Positions 28,109-48,891 of a stretch of 64,000 nt of DNA are shown here, one piece after another. The notes beneath the pieces are model-generated. The model saw only the letters and a list, made by a program, of their open reading frames with translations. It was not told where the DNA came from and did not search any database. Position 1 is the stretch's first letter; every line of letters begins with the position of its first letter. Source of the stretch: Bigelowiella natans CCMP2755 (taxonomy: Eukaryota > Protista > Cercozoa); the NCBI GenBank assembly GCA_000320545.1, contig ADNK01000774.1, forward strand, positions 1 to 64,000. The letters run 5' to 3'. The translations under genes were made by a program, and so were the position numbers.

Positions 28109-29628
28109 TTATGCAAAAGGATGTTGAGATAGTGGCATGGGGTGGGAGTGTAAAGCACTTCGACTAGACTCTTGCCAAGATAAGATATGCCTTTAAAAGG
28201 AGAAAACGTCAGTGATAGTCTGGGATAATGAAAATTATCGTTAAGATATACGTCAATTGTGTGGACCTTTCCCATTCTGAAGACTCGGACGATTTTGGAA
28301 CCCGAGCGTGGGGAGGGAGGAGAAACAAATCCCCCAACGCGACAGGATTGAAACGCCTACTGAAATCCTGAGATGGTCAAGAATTAGATATCTGAACATT
28401 GGCTCATTACTATGTTATAAAAATTAGTTTTAAGTTACTCTTGCAGCCGAGGCGGGAGGTGTGTGGTTTGCCACTTTGACCAAATTTCCAAGTTTCGTAG
28501 AAACCCTCCGCGAGCGCTTTGACGGAATAACTAGTTTCTCCGCCCCATATCGACGCCGTTTTTTTGTTACTTGTATGTTACTTTTTACATCAGCGAGTTT
28601 CGCAGTCTTCAGAATGACAGCATTTTGTTGTGGGAGACCGTAGACTAGGGACAAAACCTGGGGTGAAATGAAACTCACTCAAAACGTGTGACAGTGATAT
28701 TCGAAAGAGTATATAGATACCTTATTATCAACTTCCTCATTGTTGAGCTGCGGAAACATTAAACTAGTAGAATCCGTATTTTTAGCCATCCGTCGAAGTG
28801 ACTCCATTGTGTTAATCCGGAATGTCAGATCAAGTTTTGAGATCATGGATTTTAGATTGTCCAAAAGGTACTTGTCTCCTCCAACCGAGAGCTGCTGTTT
28901 TGGATTAATTTTCATCTTCTTTGACTTCATTTTTGATTCCTCGACAAGGCAGTGTTGCTGAGTGGGTATCAGTGCACAGTTGTTAATCAAGTGGAACAGA
29001 AAGAATAAAATATACTCAACACTACCCTTTGAGGAGGACTGGGAAGTTTCGCTTGCTTCTTAACGAGACATGAGAAAAGATGAGAATGGTAGTCGCTTCC
29101 CGTAAGGTTAACTTTCTGGTGACAAGAAGGGCAGCCTCGGAATTCTTTTTTTCTCGAAGCATCCGAATAATCATCAGATCCGCTATGCTCCGAGTCATCG
29201 GAGGGTAGAAACACATCGTTTTTCACTGCGACGCCGCTTGAGGCCGTTGTGATCGATGTGATGGATGTGCTGTCATCGTTGGGAAGTTGAAGATCTTGCT
29301 CCAATACGATGGTGTCAATATTGATACCACCTGCATTTCCGTTACCCATGTTTATCTTTAGCCCACCTTTGGATTTCCACCTCTTGGTGTCGTCTATCCG
29401 CCTCGTGGGTTTCATAGTAGTAACCTTGTGAGGTAGCTCCTTCGAAGGCAGTGCGTTCAATGGTTTCACAGTTGCAGCTTCTTTGTTACGAACTGATTTG
29501 AGCCCTTTGACCCTGGCTTTTCTCCTCCTCCCTTTGTAAGTATTCTTGTTTGACGCCACCATATTTCCTTTCATCGCAGGTGACACCAGTCGCAGCCCCG
29601 CACGTACTAATTCACGAGCTCGATACAC
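28109..29628 (-). CDS. Probable nuclear protein with a C2HC zinc finger and an LNK-like helical motif
   Basis: ORFs 28987..29628, 28679..28990 and 28430..28678 join through GT-AG introns. Contains CPSCHQ...HSHLFSC and basic NLS-like runs. The 3' end is approximate. Confidence 0.65.
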
Positions 29629-30893
29629 AGACGCGGCCAGCTAAGAAACTCTTGGGTATGGGGTCCGATGCGTCGAGAGGCTGCCGGGAGAGTGGTAAAA
29701 AATGAACTTAACTCCCCGCAGTTGATGCGATGAGGGGAGACACCCAGACAATCTTTGATTCCCCGTCTCGTTCTCTCTTTTCCTGCGCGATGTCGCTTCA
29801 AATAATACCTAATAGTTCGTTCAAGTCGTACGAAATTAGGCAGAATTAAATTGCATTTTATGTAAGAGACATCTAATAGCAAGCTAATATTACAATATTA
29901 GACGATATTCGAACCCGATGTCGTCTGGCTTGGAAATCTGAGCACGAAGAAGAATTGAAAAGCGAGATATTTTGGCGAAGATTCAAGGAGCACTTTCAGA
30001 GTAAATGCCATAGTCCGAATTTTTAATGTGGATTTTGATGTCAAATATGGTTAAAATTATGAAAATAGACATGTCGAAGTAATTCGTATAAAGTCCATAC
30101 ATGTCTTATTCAAATAAAAATGATATAAACAAAGTCTTGAATGATGAAGTAGTTACATGGGCAAATATTAGCAAAATGATGTAATTTCGACATTGTGACA
30201 CAGAATCATAGCCGAAAGTACGACTCTCTTGGCGAATCTCTTCATGCCTACCCCGTACGCGTGCAATCCATCTTAGGGTTTTTCTTCACGGCGAAAGCTT
30301 TTGTTTTCGAAATTTATCGAAATGCCAGTCAATTTTGTGGGTTTTCATGCATTCTTGACCTGAAAATTCAGAAACGCAGGTCCGTGCTGATGCAGTGAAG
30401 TTACGCCCCGTCAACCTGGAGCTGGTGAAAAATATCAACAGACGAGAAACGGCAAATAAGTCAGTTATCGAGAACCGATTTTAGGAGATTTCGCCAGAAA
30501 ATACCCACTATTGTTTGGGAGTTTTAGTTGTAAAAGATGCGAAACCTGTTGGAAATCGCTTCGAACTTCCAGCTCTAGATCTACCTTCTGATGTAGATCT
30601 ACAGGTAGTGTTTCCTCATCATCATCAGGAGTTTCTGCACATGTTGCCATGGCTACTCCCAACTACCAGAACAGGGGAGGAAACTGATGAGGAGCACAAT
30701 GTCAAAATCCCTGTGAAAAACCGGGATTTCCTGGCCTGCAAAAAAATGACCGACACGAGTTCTCATGTGAATAAGAACCTTAAAAGCACTTTATTTGCAA
30801 CCCGACGACTTCAGACCTTTCCCCTTTTTGTCAGGAAATCCTGAAATCCAGAATTAGTGAATGGACAAAAATCTTTGGTAAATCTACGGTGGG

Positions 30894-30896
<3 letters not shown>

Positions 30897-30932
<36 letters not shown>
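30897..30932. repeat. (CTGT)n tetranucleotide repeat upstream of the helicase
   Basis: Directly visible. Confidence 0.9.
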
Positions 30933-31077
30933 AGGCCCTTGTGCAGTCTCAGTGCTAGTAGTGTAGTAGTAGTGACTTTGTAGCGGGAAGCAGTTGTACC
31001 CCCCTCATCCCCAATATACTCATGGATTACGAGCACACTCGTGAGTGAGCCCAGCAGCAGGAACATATACATCCAGC

Positions 31078-31602
31078 ATGATGATCCCGAGAGCAGCTGT
31101 CACTACGGCCCTTCTTGCTCTCCTGGCCTCGCCCGTAGCCCTATACTTGCTTACTGCCCCACTTGATCGTCCAAGCAGTACCCGACTCGAAGTTAACTGT
31201 CGTAGAGTCCCAGGTAAAGGTGGAAGATGGAAAATAGATACAAGAAATGTATTACTGCCCGCGCTTTGGGGACCCTTTCAGCCTCAGAGACACCATTCAC
31301 AGTTCAAATACAGGCCTCTGGTGCCAGCAGCTCGAAGGGTATTAAAATTCTCATGTGAGTCGTGTTTGAAATAAGATATGGCTAATGGCAGGATGAAGTT
31401 CCAGAAATTCCTGACGACGAAAAGTTGCGTGATAAATCAGTATCTCAGCTCAAGAATTTATGCAGTATGACTTCATTCACCATTTCATCAACCGCATATT
31501 CGTGACCTGTTTTCTTCCTTTAGGAAAATTCGGGCTTCCCTCTTCTGGAGCACGTGCCCAGGTACACACAGAATAATTCAACAGATTTCTGATGAATACA
31601 AT

Positions 31603-31648
<46 letters not shown>

Positions 31649-32830
31649 TGGGCAGCTGTTAGAACGATTACGCGAGGCAAAGGATCTTATGAAAGCTCTT
31701 GAAGATTTGCCGAGCGATGAAATACCCGGTTTTCCTGGGGAATCAGAAATTCCAGATGAGATTGAAGTTGCTCAAAGTTCTTCGATACAGGGGATATCTG
31801 AAGAAAGTGAAGAGGTTGAAGAAGAAGAGGATCTCAGAAGAGAAATGGCCAAGGAAACAGAAGAGTTTTACAAGGTGATTTATGTAGATCTAAATACGAA
31901 GAAAAAACACAATTTAATTACTAAAACACCCCTTTAGTCGAGCTTGGAAACTGCTGCAGAAGGGGAAGTTGAAGACTTTGCCAAATTCAGAAAGTCTCTT
32001 GAAGATATGGTTTCGAGCACCGGGAAGACAACAACCACCATCACAAAATCATCTCCGATGATGGGTTTCTCATCATCTCGAAGCGACAATATACCACCAG
32101 ATTTCATACCAGTTTACACCGCTCCCACTCCCTCCCCAATTGCTGTCCCCAAAGAAGAAAATATTGACCAAAAAAATGTCGAGGAGAAAGCAACTTTCGA
32201 GCCCAAGCCTGAGGAGGAATTTGTAAGTGAAACATCACTCTCTCTATTACTTCCATTATTTCTGTGAGCTCTCTAATCCTACCCATCACTTTTATTTTGC
32301 AACAGCGAAACCTTCATTGTCCTGATTATTATCATGCATTATCATCTGCAGGTGCTTGATAAAGCAAGTTGGATGCAGCTCGGCATAAAGGAAAGCCAGT
32401 TTTTAGATGGGCTAACACGACTACAAATTCGAAGGCCAAACGCCCTTCAAGTCGAAGCAATTCCAATGTAGCAATCAGCTCGTGTGCGATGTATTTGTAG
32501 ATGATGTAATTCTACCCGTGATATAAAAGAGTTTTCTTGCTGCTGCTGCTGCCATGAGTAGGATACTTGAGGGTAATGATTGCGTGTTGGCAGCTGCAAC
32601 TGGATCAGGTGTGAAATCAAAGAGAGGAGAGGGGGAGGGATATGGCAACCTGAAGAGTAAACTAGTTTGGTATAGTACGACTATCGTCAGCCGCTCATAA
32701 TTATTACGACGCAGGGCGTGTCTAGAAATAGTCTTTCCAGCTACAGTTTTTGAATTGCGCGATGATATTCCAAAAATTAATTTACTTTTCGTTTTCTTAT
32801 CCTACCCCCTACCTTCTTCCCCCCACCCCC

Positions 32831-32868
<38 letters not shown>

Positions 32869-33889
32869 GATCCCACCAGGGAAAACTCTTACATTCTTAC
32901 TGCCCATGATCACGAGGACATTGCTCCACCAGAAAGCCGATTCTTCTCCCAAGAAAGACGATACCAACTGGCCGAAGGTACAATGTTTGCTGCCACGTAT
33001 CACATCATTATTACTTGATTGATGAGACCAGAAGCTCTTTAACGTGGATTCTTTGATGTTAGATGGTAGTCGTCGTGCCTGGACAAGAGCTGGCACGACA
33101 AGTCTCTGATGTACGCTGAAAACATAGATTTCTCACGCCACCCTTTCCGACCCCCTCCCCCTCTCTGATATTCCCGCCTTGACGGCCTTTCTGCTGCTGC
33201 AAATATCGGAACATACTCTTCTTGAGACAGTCACTATTATACATTCTCTGGAGTGTGACTACTACCATTTGTTATAAATGCAACAACAACAACAACAACA
33301 CAAACCATACTGCTACTCTTTCTGCTGCTGCTGCTGCTGCTACTACTACCACTACATAAGGTGGCCAGTGAGCTCCTTCAGTACAGGAAAGGCGGAGCGC
33401 CGAGTATGTATCTAACAGGTGAGAGAGTAGTAAGTGTAAGCTATTGCAGCGATGACTTGATTTTTACTCTTTAATAAGTAAAATCAGTGATTGTGTCTTG
33501 TCTTTTAATGGCCGACCCACAAAAGCATCATATAGTTGCTTGTATTTTGTGCAGAAACGAGGAGCGTGTAGTGTGAATAATGTACAGATATGAAGATGCT
33601 ACTACTGTACGTACTCAGGGGGAGATGATAAGGCTCGGCAGAACGCAATTCTCAATCGAAGAAAACCAGAAGTTTTGGTAATCCATATCAGAAAGATATT
33701 ATGTTCAACGACAGGGATATTCGGTGTTTGCTGTCGTTGCTCACCCACACTTTTGATCCACATTTGTCGTTAATATGAAAGTCTGGTTGTCTGTAGGTCG
33801 GCACCCCGGCGCGATTGTTGGAAGTTCTGAAAAAGGGTCTTATCTCTCTCTCAAGTGAGTAATTGTTATTTTAACACGGACAACATGAA

Positions 33890-33927
<38 letters not shown>

Positions 33928-34760
33928 TGTCAGTGAGATCTTATTGTTGTCTCAGAACTACTAGGTGATATTCGTCATATGGTACAGGTGTAAATTCCAT
34001 CGTCTTGGATGAGTGCGATGTCATGTTGCGTGAGGTCACATTACTAACTTCTATCGGCCCTGCATGTGTGTCAAGTCCTGATCGATTTCTGGATTATTGA
34101 CGTTCTTCACAACAAATTTCGAGTACTATCGGTTACTAATCCGATAGTAGTTGTTTTTCTCCTGCTGCGACATGGCTCATTGGCTGTGTGTCGTCGTAGA
34201 ACGCTTATGATTGGCGTTGCAGCGCGTTCAAATTAGGGAAATTTATATTGTTTGAAATCTTATCGTGTATGACGTGTCTCTGCGCTGCTAAAAGACAGGC
34301 ACCATCATCACCATCATCCATCATCATCACGATCATCATCATCACCATCATCCATCACCACAACCACTACTACCAGGAGTTCATCCAGCAATTACCAGTC
34401 GGGCGATCTGGTGTGCAGACCGTGCTCTCTTCGGCATCTGCAGCCGATCATGTATGCGTGCATAAGAGAAAGGGGGAGAAGAAACAAGAAAGTTTTTGAG
34501 TGCCAACATTTTGCTCCTACATAGTATCCCAAATATATGAACGTGGAGTGCTGCCACCCTCCATGCATTCTGTCGTGTTTTCGTTTGTTGGTTTTGTCAG
34601 TCGTCTACTTAATTTCTTTCGCGACACGTCTTAATGGTAGAAAAATCCTATTTTTGAGATCGTGAGCACTGTCTTCTTTTGACCAACATTCCGCTTAACT
34701 GCAATAATCCACGCATCGAGGTGGTTTCTACGCGCTCTCTCTCTGTTCCTCTCTCACAGC

Positions 34761-34801
<41 letters not shown>

Positions 34802-34997
34802 CGCAGACCGTATTACGTTTCGCACGAGAACGATTTCAACCCAACTGGGAAATGGTAGTATTTGATTGTGTCACCTCACCATCATCATTCTGATGTATTA
34901 ACAGCAGTACATCGAAACGATACAACGATGATGAAACACACCAAATACCACCACCCGTAGTAGTACACCAAGAGCGATTGCAGCCTCACCTATGTTG

Positions 34998-35031
<34 letters not shown>

Positions 35032-35636
35032 CAACACATATATCGTGAGGAAATGATGCCTTGAGAAGGTTCTGTTATCATCCGTCCTTCTTCTACTACT
35101 ACTATCACTACTACCACTACGACTGAAGCTACTATTCTGATCTATTCAACTCGACCGACAGCATGGGGTCTCTGAGGAGAGTATGGGCACAACACTAGTT
35201 TCTGATACAATTGTCCACACTCTCCATCTCCTGCCGAGAAGACAACCCCAAAGAAGGAGAGGAGGCCAAGGGATGATGCGAAGAGGGGGCAGGGGGCAGT
35301 GGAGTTCTGGTGGCAGGGGTGGCTCTGAAGTGGGTGGAAGAAAGATGAAGGGGAGAGGTGACGATGATGGAGCGGTCTTACGAAAGAAAGGGCCCAGGGA
35401 TGATCCTACTGCTAGCGTTCTTGATCGCAAGGTGATGACGATGATTATGATGATGATGATGATGATGATGATGGCCACATGATGGCTGCGGTAGTGTTGT
35501 TTGTGGTTGTGGTGGAAGTTTTCTTCGCTGAGCTGAGTAGTAAAGTTCTCTTCTATTTTGATGGTGATGATGATGATGATAATGATGATGATGATGATGG
35601 TGTGGTGCAAGTTATTGTTGTTGTCCTGCTTTTATG

Positions 35637-35677
<41 letters not shown>

Positions 35678-35734
35678 CGTGGTTAGAATAGATAGATGAT
35701 GGAATGTGTTGGGCTAGCATTATTTGTCGTCATC

Positions 35735-35774
<40 letters not shown>

Positions 35775-36223
35775 TCTCTCTCGCTCTATGAATAACAATT
35801 GAGCAGCTTTCGGCTGCAGTGCGACTATTTCTGGAGGATGAGCCTTCTGGTAGACAACTAAGAGCAGTAGCCGTAGAAGTAGTAGTAGTAGTGGGAGTAG
35901 AAGTAATACAACTAGAGGATGATAAGAGGATATAACAATACATGAAGATACAATGAACACCCCCTTTTACTTCTCTTTCACTTTCTTACTGTCCTCTTCT
36001 CTCTCTCTTCCTTTATTCCCGTTTCCCCCCCGTCTCCCTCGGAGATGATCCTGTAGTTTCTTCACTTATTCTTCTTCTTCTTCTTCCTCTCCTTCTTCCG
36101 CCATCATCATCGATCAGGAGTCTTGCTATTCGTTAACGGTCCCGGTAGTGTAAAGGTAGTACGCAGCAATAATCTGCAGAGAATCTTGATATTTTCACCA
36201 CCATCAAAATACTTCTCTCTCTT

Positions 36224-36283
<60 letters not shown>

Positions 36284-36508
36284 TCTCTCTCCTATGCTCC
36301 TTGTCGTATTGGTCATCGCTCCTCAATCTCAATACGATTTACTTCATCCCTCTCCCTGCCATTCAAACCCTCCAGACCGTGGTGAAGAAGCTTCATGAGC
36401 AAGGCGTGTGGTGGGCTCTGCCTCTCAGCGGGTTGTTGTTGTTTCCAACCATTCGTTTTGACTTATAAACAAAATTATTGTAGATTATGAGTAGTAGCAG
36501 TAGCAGGT

Positions 36509-36542
<34 letters not shown>

Positions 36543-37583
36543 CAGCGGAAGTGGTGGGTGAGGATTGTATGGATAATGATGAGGACAATAGTTATCCAGC
36601 TTTTGTTTTCCGACTTTCTTCTTCTTGTTCTTGTTGTTTTTGTTGTTCTTCTTCCTATTAAATAGATCCATGGAAACGGAAGAGAGGGTCCGCGTTGTGA
36701 AAAGGCTGGCTAAGGTAGTGAGAGTGCTCACCATCATATTAATCTCTTGGCTACTCTCTACTTGTTCTTCGTTGATTCCCGTTCTTTTCTTTGCAGGCAT
36801 CCCGTGGGGACCTGGATGAAACGATACCCGGAGAAGTAACCCTATCTCAAAAACAACAACAACAACAACAACAACGCAGTAAACTAGTGCAAACCTCATC
36901 ATCATCACCATGATTGTGGGTTGATATCATCAGGTGTTGGTCGCAACAGACGTAGCCTCCAGAGGCTTGGATCCTCCCCTTCTCTCGCATGTGGTAGTAG
37001 TAGTAGTCATAATAATAATAATAATGATAACTATAATAGCAATAATGATACAATAATAGTACGCTGCATCATCTTTTGAGTAGATGATGAGGATTAGTAA
37101 CACTGACAAAAGCACGATTATTACAATGCCCCTGCAATGACTATTGGAACAACGCTCAGATTAACATTGATGTGCCGCGAAATCTCAAGAGTTATGCTCA
37201 TAGAGCTGGACGATGTGGGAGGGCTGGAAGGTAGTAAGTCGCAAAAACAAGCAACAGAAGAGAATATATTGACTAAGACAGTTACAATGCACACGTTTCA
37301 ATAATCGTTGGACCCCATTCTCCTTCATCTTCATCGCTCGTTGTCGCCATCACTCACTTTGCAGGCCAGGCCTTGTTGTCACCCTGGCTGGTAATGAGAC
37401 TGAGGCATGTGCTGCAGAGGATTTAGGAGCGCAGGTTATAAACGATTGCTCATGTATATATCACATCAAATCCCATCCTTGTATATAGCTGGTGGCATTT
37501 GATTACCAGCCTACCATAGATGCTAACGAAAAATTCATGAGAGAGACCAAAAGTTTTTCTAAGAGAAATTCATGCCCTATCTC

Positions 37584-37622
<39 letters not shown>

Positions 37623-37689
37623 ATTTGTAATTATGCTGGTTACGCTACCATTACAGATTGGGGCAAAAGTAGTCCGGATTGACATTTGA
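31078..37689 (+). CDS. DEAD-box (DECD) RNA helicase with bipartite plastid-type leader and SAP domain
   Basis: Leader MMIPRAAVTTALLALLASPVALYLL; SAP-like SVSQLKNLCRKFGLPSSGARAQLLERL; Q motif PNALQ; ATGSGKT; VPGQELARQ; VGTPARL; VLDECD; SAS; VLVATDVASRGLD; YAHRAGRCGRAGR. Confidence 0.9.
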
Positions 37690-38245
37690 TGCGACACGCT
37701 GCTGCGCAAATGCTCTACTTCCAACGTTTCATCGCTTTCAATGCAGCATAGTTAATCTATGGCAAAGTTACAGTGAGGCATCAGCCAATACGTTGGCGTG
37801 GCCTGAAAATGTCTCCGAGGCAGCGAGAAAATATGTTCCTGTAGATGTGCGTGTAAACATTTTAGAAGTTTAAACATTGAAAATAAGCCTCACAGCAGCG
37901 ATCGAAGATAGCATGCATTTATATATTCAAACATAGCTAGATGGTGGAAAGTAGTTATCGGGTGGCCTCGATTCAATGATAGCTGTATGCGCCGTCTCGC
38001 GCAGTCTATGTGCCCTTATCAATGCTAACGTGTATGTTCACAACATTGTGCGCTCACGCGTAGTCATAAATAGTATCATGTGCGTTTCCATGCAGCCTAC
38101 GCTTGTGCTATGTATACATGCATTTTGCTATAATGATTAGTATTTGTGAAGCTATTAATGCATGTTATGGTTGTGTACGTTTTAGTGTTGGCTAGGGCAC
38201 TGAATTACATAATTATTGAACTTCACCATGCTATATTAAATAAAA

Positions 38246-39513
38246 CTAAGAACAAGCGCAGAACCTGCGTGCATTTCGATGGCTGTTTCCGCATTGAGTC
38301 TTAGTTTTCACCTCATTAAGAGAGTTGCATACTGTCGTTGCAATGTCGTCATTCAGGTTCGCTGCATTGTACCAAGAGGACCCGTCGATATCTTGAGCCG
38401 GTGCAATACTGTTACAACTTGCAGCGAAAGGAAGACTGAATTCCACAGCATTCAATTTAGCCTGGATGCCTCCAGGGCTAGAAGCTGAGGGAGTTCTCAT
38501 AGCCTATGCGTGCAGTACAATCAGTGAATGAATAAGACATACAGGACCCAATGCTTTGTTGTTACCGCTTCATCACATTGCTTGCCGATGCTGACACATA
38601 CTGAGTCACAACTCTGTCCGGCATGGCCTTGCACCCAAGGTAACGTCCTTGTGGGGCCTTCGGCTAGCAGCAGATCAACCCCATTTCCTGGAAACCCGTC
38701 TGGTGGAACCTCACCCTCCAAATTTTCATAAAGTCCATTAGGATAGTAAAACCATCCTGCGTAATCAAGTTTTGTAGGTATTATTACAGGCAGTAAGAGG
38801 TTGTGCGAAGAATCCACTGACCTTCGTTGGCTGGGCCGACTTTTATCAATGCTTGGAAGGTTATATTTCCAGTCCCCGCAGGGGGGCCTTTGAAACGAAA
38901 GCGGGTTCTCAATGGCTTCAAGTCGCCCTGTGCGTGCATTATGCACCCAGGTTCTGGACTGACCCACTTTCTATTAAATTGAAATGTGGAATCAGTAGTG
39001 CTCCAAAGACCAATATGAGAATGCGTCTTGTTGTATGCATGAAGCGCCAAGCCACGATACTTTTGTGAATAATTTTCCACCGTCAGATAAATATCCATCC
39101 ACTCTCCAGGGCGGTAGAAAGTAGGATCCTGTAGTAAGAAAAATATTTTGTGGTTTTGCATTATATTATTTCATGGAGAGAAAACGATGGCATGTATTGA
39201 TTCACGTCACCTGGCTTTTCGGTCCAATTCCCGTTCGTAAGCTGAACGCGCTAGAATATACAGGTCGGCCCGCCCAAGACATTGGTCCATAAGCAGAAGA
39301 ACATTTGAGATGATTTCCATCGACGAAGTTTCTCGGATCACAGCCAATAGCATCTCTAGCATCCCAACAGTATCCTAGGAACACACCACCAGCAGAACTT
39401 CCTTCTGCAGGACGTAAGAAAGAGTTAGCCGATTGAAAGAAAGATAAAAAGAAATTGCATCGAAGACCTGTCGTCCGTAAGAAGAGAATCAAAATGAGGA
39501 TGAGGATTGTCAT
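38246..39513 (-). CDS. Secreted Reeler-domain protein with Cys-rich C-terminal domain
   Basis: Hydrophobic leader MTILILILILFL; Reeler-like YRPGEWMDIYL...YRGLALHA...IGLW...CIMH...FRFKGPPAGTGNITFQALI; tail GQSCDSVCVSIGKQC...CGNSHRNARRFCAC*. Confidence 0.75.
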
Positions 39514-40626
39514 ATGCTCGGCCGTACGAGATTACGAGATTTGTACAGATAGGTGAGTTGCACGTGATACTTGGGAACAACAAGGTTAGTATATTCGTCG
39601 ATTGCGGACGAATATGGGAAGGTGTGCGCGTGCAATGCCACGCGTGTGAGAAAAGTAACGTCGTGAGACCGGGTGAGCCGAAATTCTAGAGTCTTAGACG
39701 CCCACAGATATTCGACGGGCCTTAGACTTAGAAAAGGGAGAAATGGGGAGATTTCTGAGGAAGAGAGCTATTATTATTCGAGTCATTGAATGGTAAAACT
39801 GAAGAAGCAGCAAGTGTTCATGATCATCGGTACAGCTGCAGATCCAGCAGCTGACGAAACTCGCAAAAAAACGCTGATTTTGGTTGTCAACCCCATCATC
39901 CATCCATTTATGCGGGAGGATTTTTACACAAAAAACGGTTGTCGCACATTGTCGCACATTGTCGCCACATCAAAACCAAAGCCGTTCGTCGGTAGGCGGT
40001 TTATTTTCAAGTTTCACTTTGATTCGACGAAAATTAGGAGTGGACTCCTAGTTTCCGGGTACACGAGAAAGTACAGAGAATTTATGTCCTACGACAAAGC
40101 AAAGAAATCGAAATTGAAAAAATCCAGCGACGCGCTGGAAGACAGGTAGACAAAAACAGTGAGATATTATTGGTATTTTACGATAAGTTGTTATGTTCGA
40201 TCGATCGATACTGGAGACGAACATGACGGTGCCAATGATAGCGACAATAGGCCCAATATATCCTAAAATTATTGTTTTCAACGCAACAGACTTAAAGAAG
40301 AGTACCCTACCCCCTAACCCCCCTGTGGCACCCTTACCCAAAGCAGTGTGCTCATATTTGAAATCGTGTCAAGAATAGCCATAATCGAATTTTATTTCAT
40401 TATTCGCGCACAATGAACGCAAACGGACATGATATTCTGTTTGATGAGAGCGATCGCAGTGTGTGATTTGACTCGTTTGGCCGGGTCATGTTGATTTTCC
40501 ACAGCTTCCCATTTTTTGTATTTCGAATGGGCGACGATAAGGCTCTGTTACTGTAACTGAGTCGCCTTCGAATAAATTTTAATGATGGATAACCTCCATC
40601 TATTCTCTGCCGTACCTCATCAAACT

Positions 40627-47518
<6,892 letters not shown>

Positions 47519-47736
47519 TCTCACTTCATCATTACATATAGTGTTGCCCTTAGTATTGGGTTTGGCATCACCAATAAGAGATTTGCATGCTGCTTCTGCC
47601 ATACAATTGCCCGCCCGTCGTGAGCTGTGCTAACTATGTATAAAGGTGCTACACTGCTAAAGCAGCACGTGCGTCGCCGCTTAGCTGTGTGTTTCTACTG
47701 CTATGATAAACTATTCGATACGTACAAGCGTACTCA

Positions 47737-47800
47737 TGCATAGCTACATTAGGATTACAATTGAAAAGATTCAATTAACTCATTACATTCGTTCCATATG
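47737..47800 (-). repeat. Inverted copy of the ~60-bp dispersed repeat
   Basis: Reverse complement reads CATATGGAACGAATGTAATGAGTTAATTGAATCTTTTCAATTGTAATCCTAATGTAGCTATGCA. Confidence 0.85.
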
Positions 47801-48365
47801 TGCTCATACGTAACATGCGCCTCTCTAGCTCTACATCCCAGCTATATGTAATCATTTTGCGAACATGTTTTTTGTGATAGTTTGGACCGATTGATTGTGA
47901 AAACTTTCGGGGCTTACGTAATAATCTAGCTAAGGTTTAAGTACTGCGCAGTACCGCCGCCAAGCAACAGCAACCTGCGGTAACGCGCCAGATGTGTATT
48001 CCTGAGTCCGCTGCGTGTGCGTACATGTGTAGAGCTGCATTGCTAGATTGCTAGATTGGCGCTAGCAACCGATGCTTCTGTCACCTTCACCATGCAGAAG
48101 GAAACAGAAAGCTCTAAGCACATACATGTTTACACGGACACAGCTGTGCGCATCTTTCGGGGGTAGCAGCCTTAATTGATGATAACAGTTGCGTTTGGTT
48201 GACCTATCTGCTGCTTCATGTGTTGTACATTATTACTGACTAAGATCGACGAATTATACCAGACAACTAAGAAAGATATCTCATTATTACTTTGACACAG
48301 GTGTAGACACTGCTTCGTGGATGTCCATGAATATCCAATAGTGTTGCGAGCTTGTTGGCAGCGTC

Positions 48366-48860
48366 CTAGTAGGTTTTGCAAAGCTGGTCTTCAATATCAG
48401 AGAGCTTCTTTTTCTCCTTCTGCTTGACTTTGCCAATCTCAAGACGAGCCCGAACAACAGCGTATTTCAGATTGACTCTAAATCAACATATCACCCGGTT
48501 AGTAGTAGTATTAGGACCACCAATTTAATATGTTCAGCGATATACAATCTCATATGTACACCTTTCCTTCTCGCTTTCTTCTTCTCTCTCCTGTCCCCCC
48601 CCCCCCCCCCCCTCCCGCCACATATGTGCTACCTTAATATTTCCCGATTTGGGTACGTTTTAAGCACACAAAATCCCGGGCTTGCCTTTGCTAGCATTCT
48701 GATCTGTCTGGCGACCATTTCTGTGGTGGGGGGGCTACATACGTGTAGAAAATAACAACATACGCACCATTAGGTCGTCGGTAAATAGCTAATAGCAGCA
48801 GATGTTGATTCAAATGGACAAATGGAGGACCACACTATGTGACTATTACTACGACTGCTG

Positions 48861-48891
<31 letters not shown>

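Noticed and set aside
30195-30844. Short ORFs between the LNK-like gene and the helicase
   Set aside because: No motifs or consistent splice pattern. Treated as a divergent promoter spacer, though a small gene is not excluded.
39694-40378. ORFs between the Reeler gene and lysS
   Set aside because: They overlap on both strands with no recognisable product.
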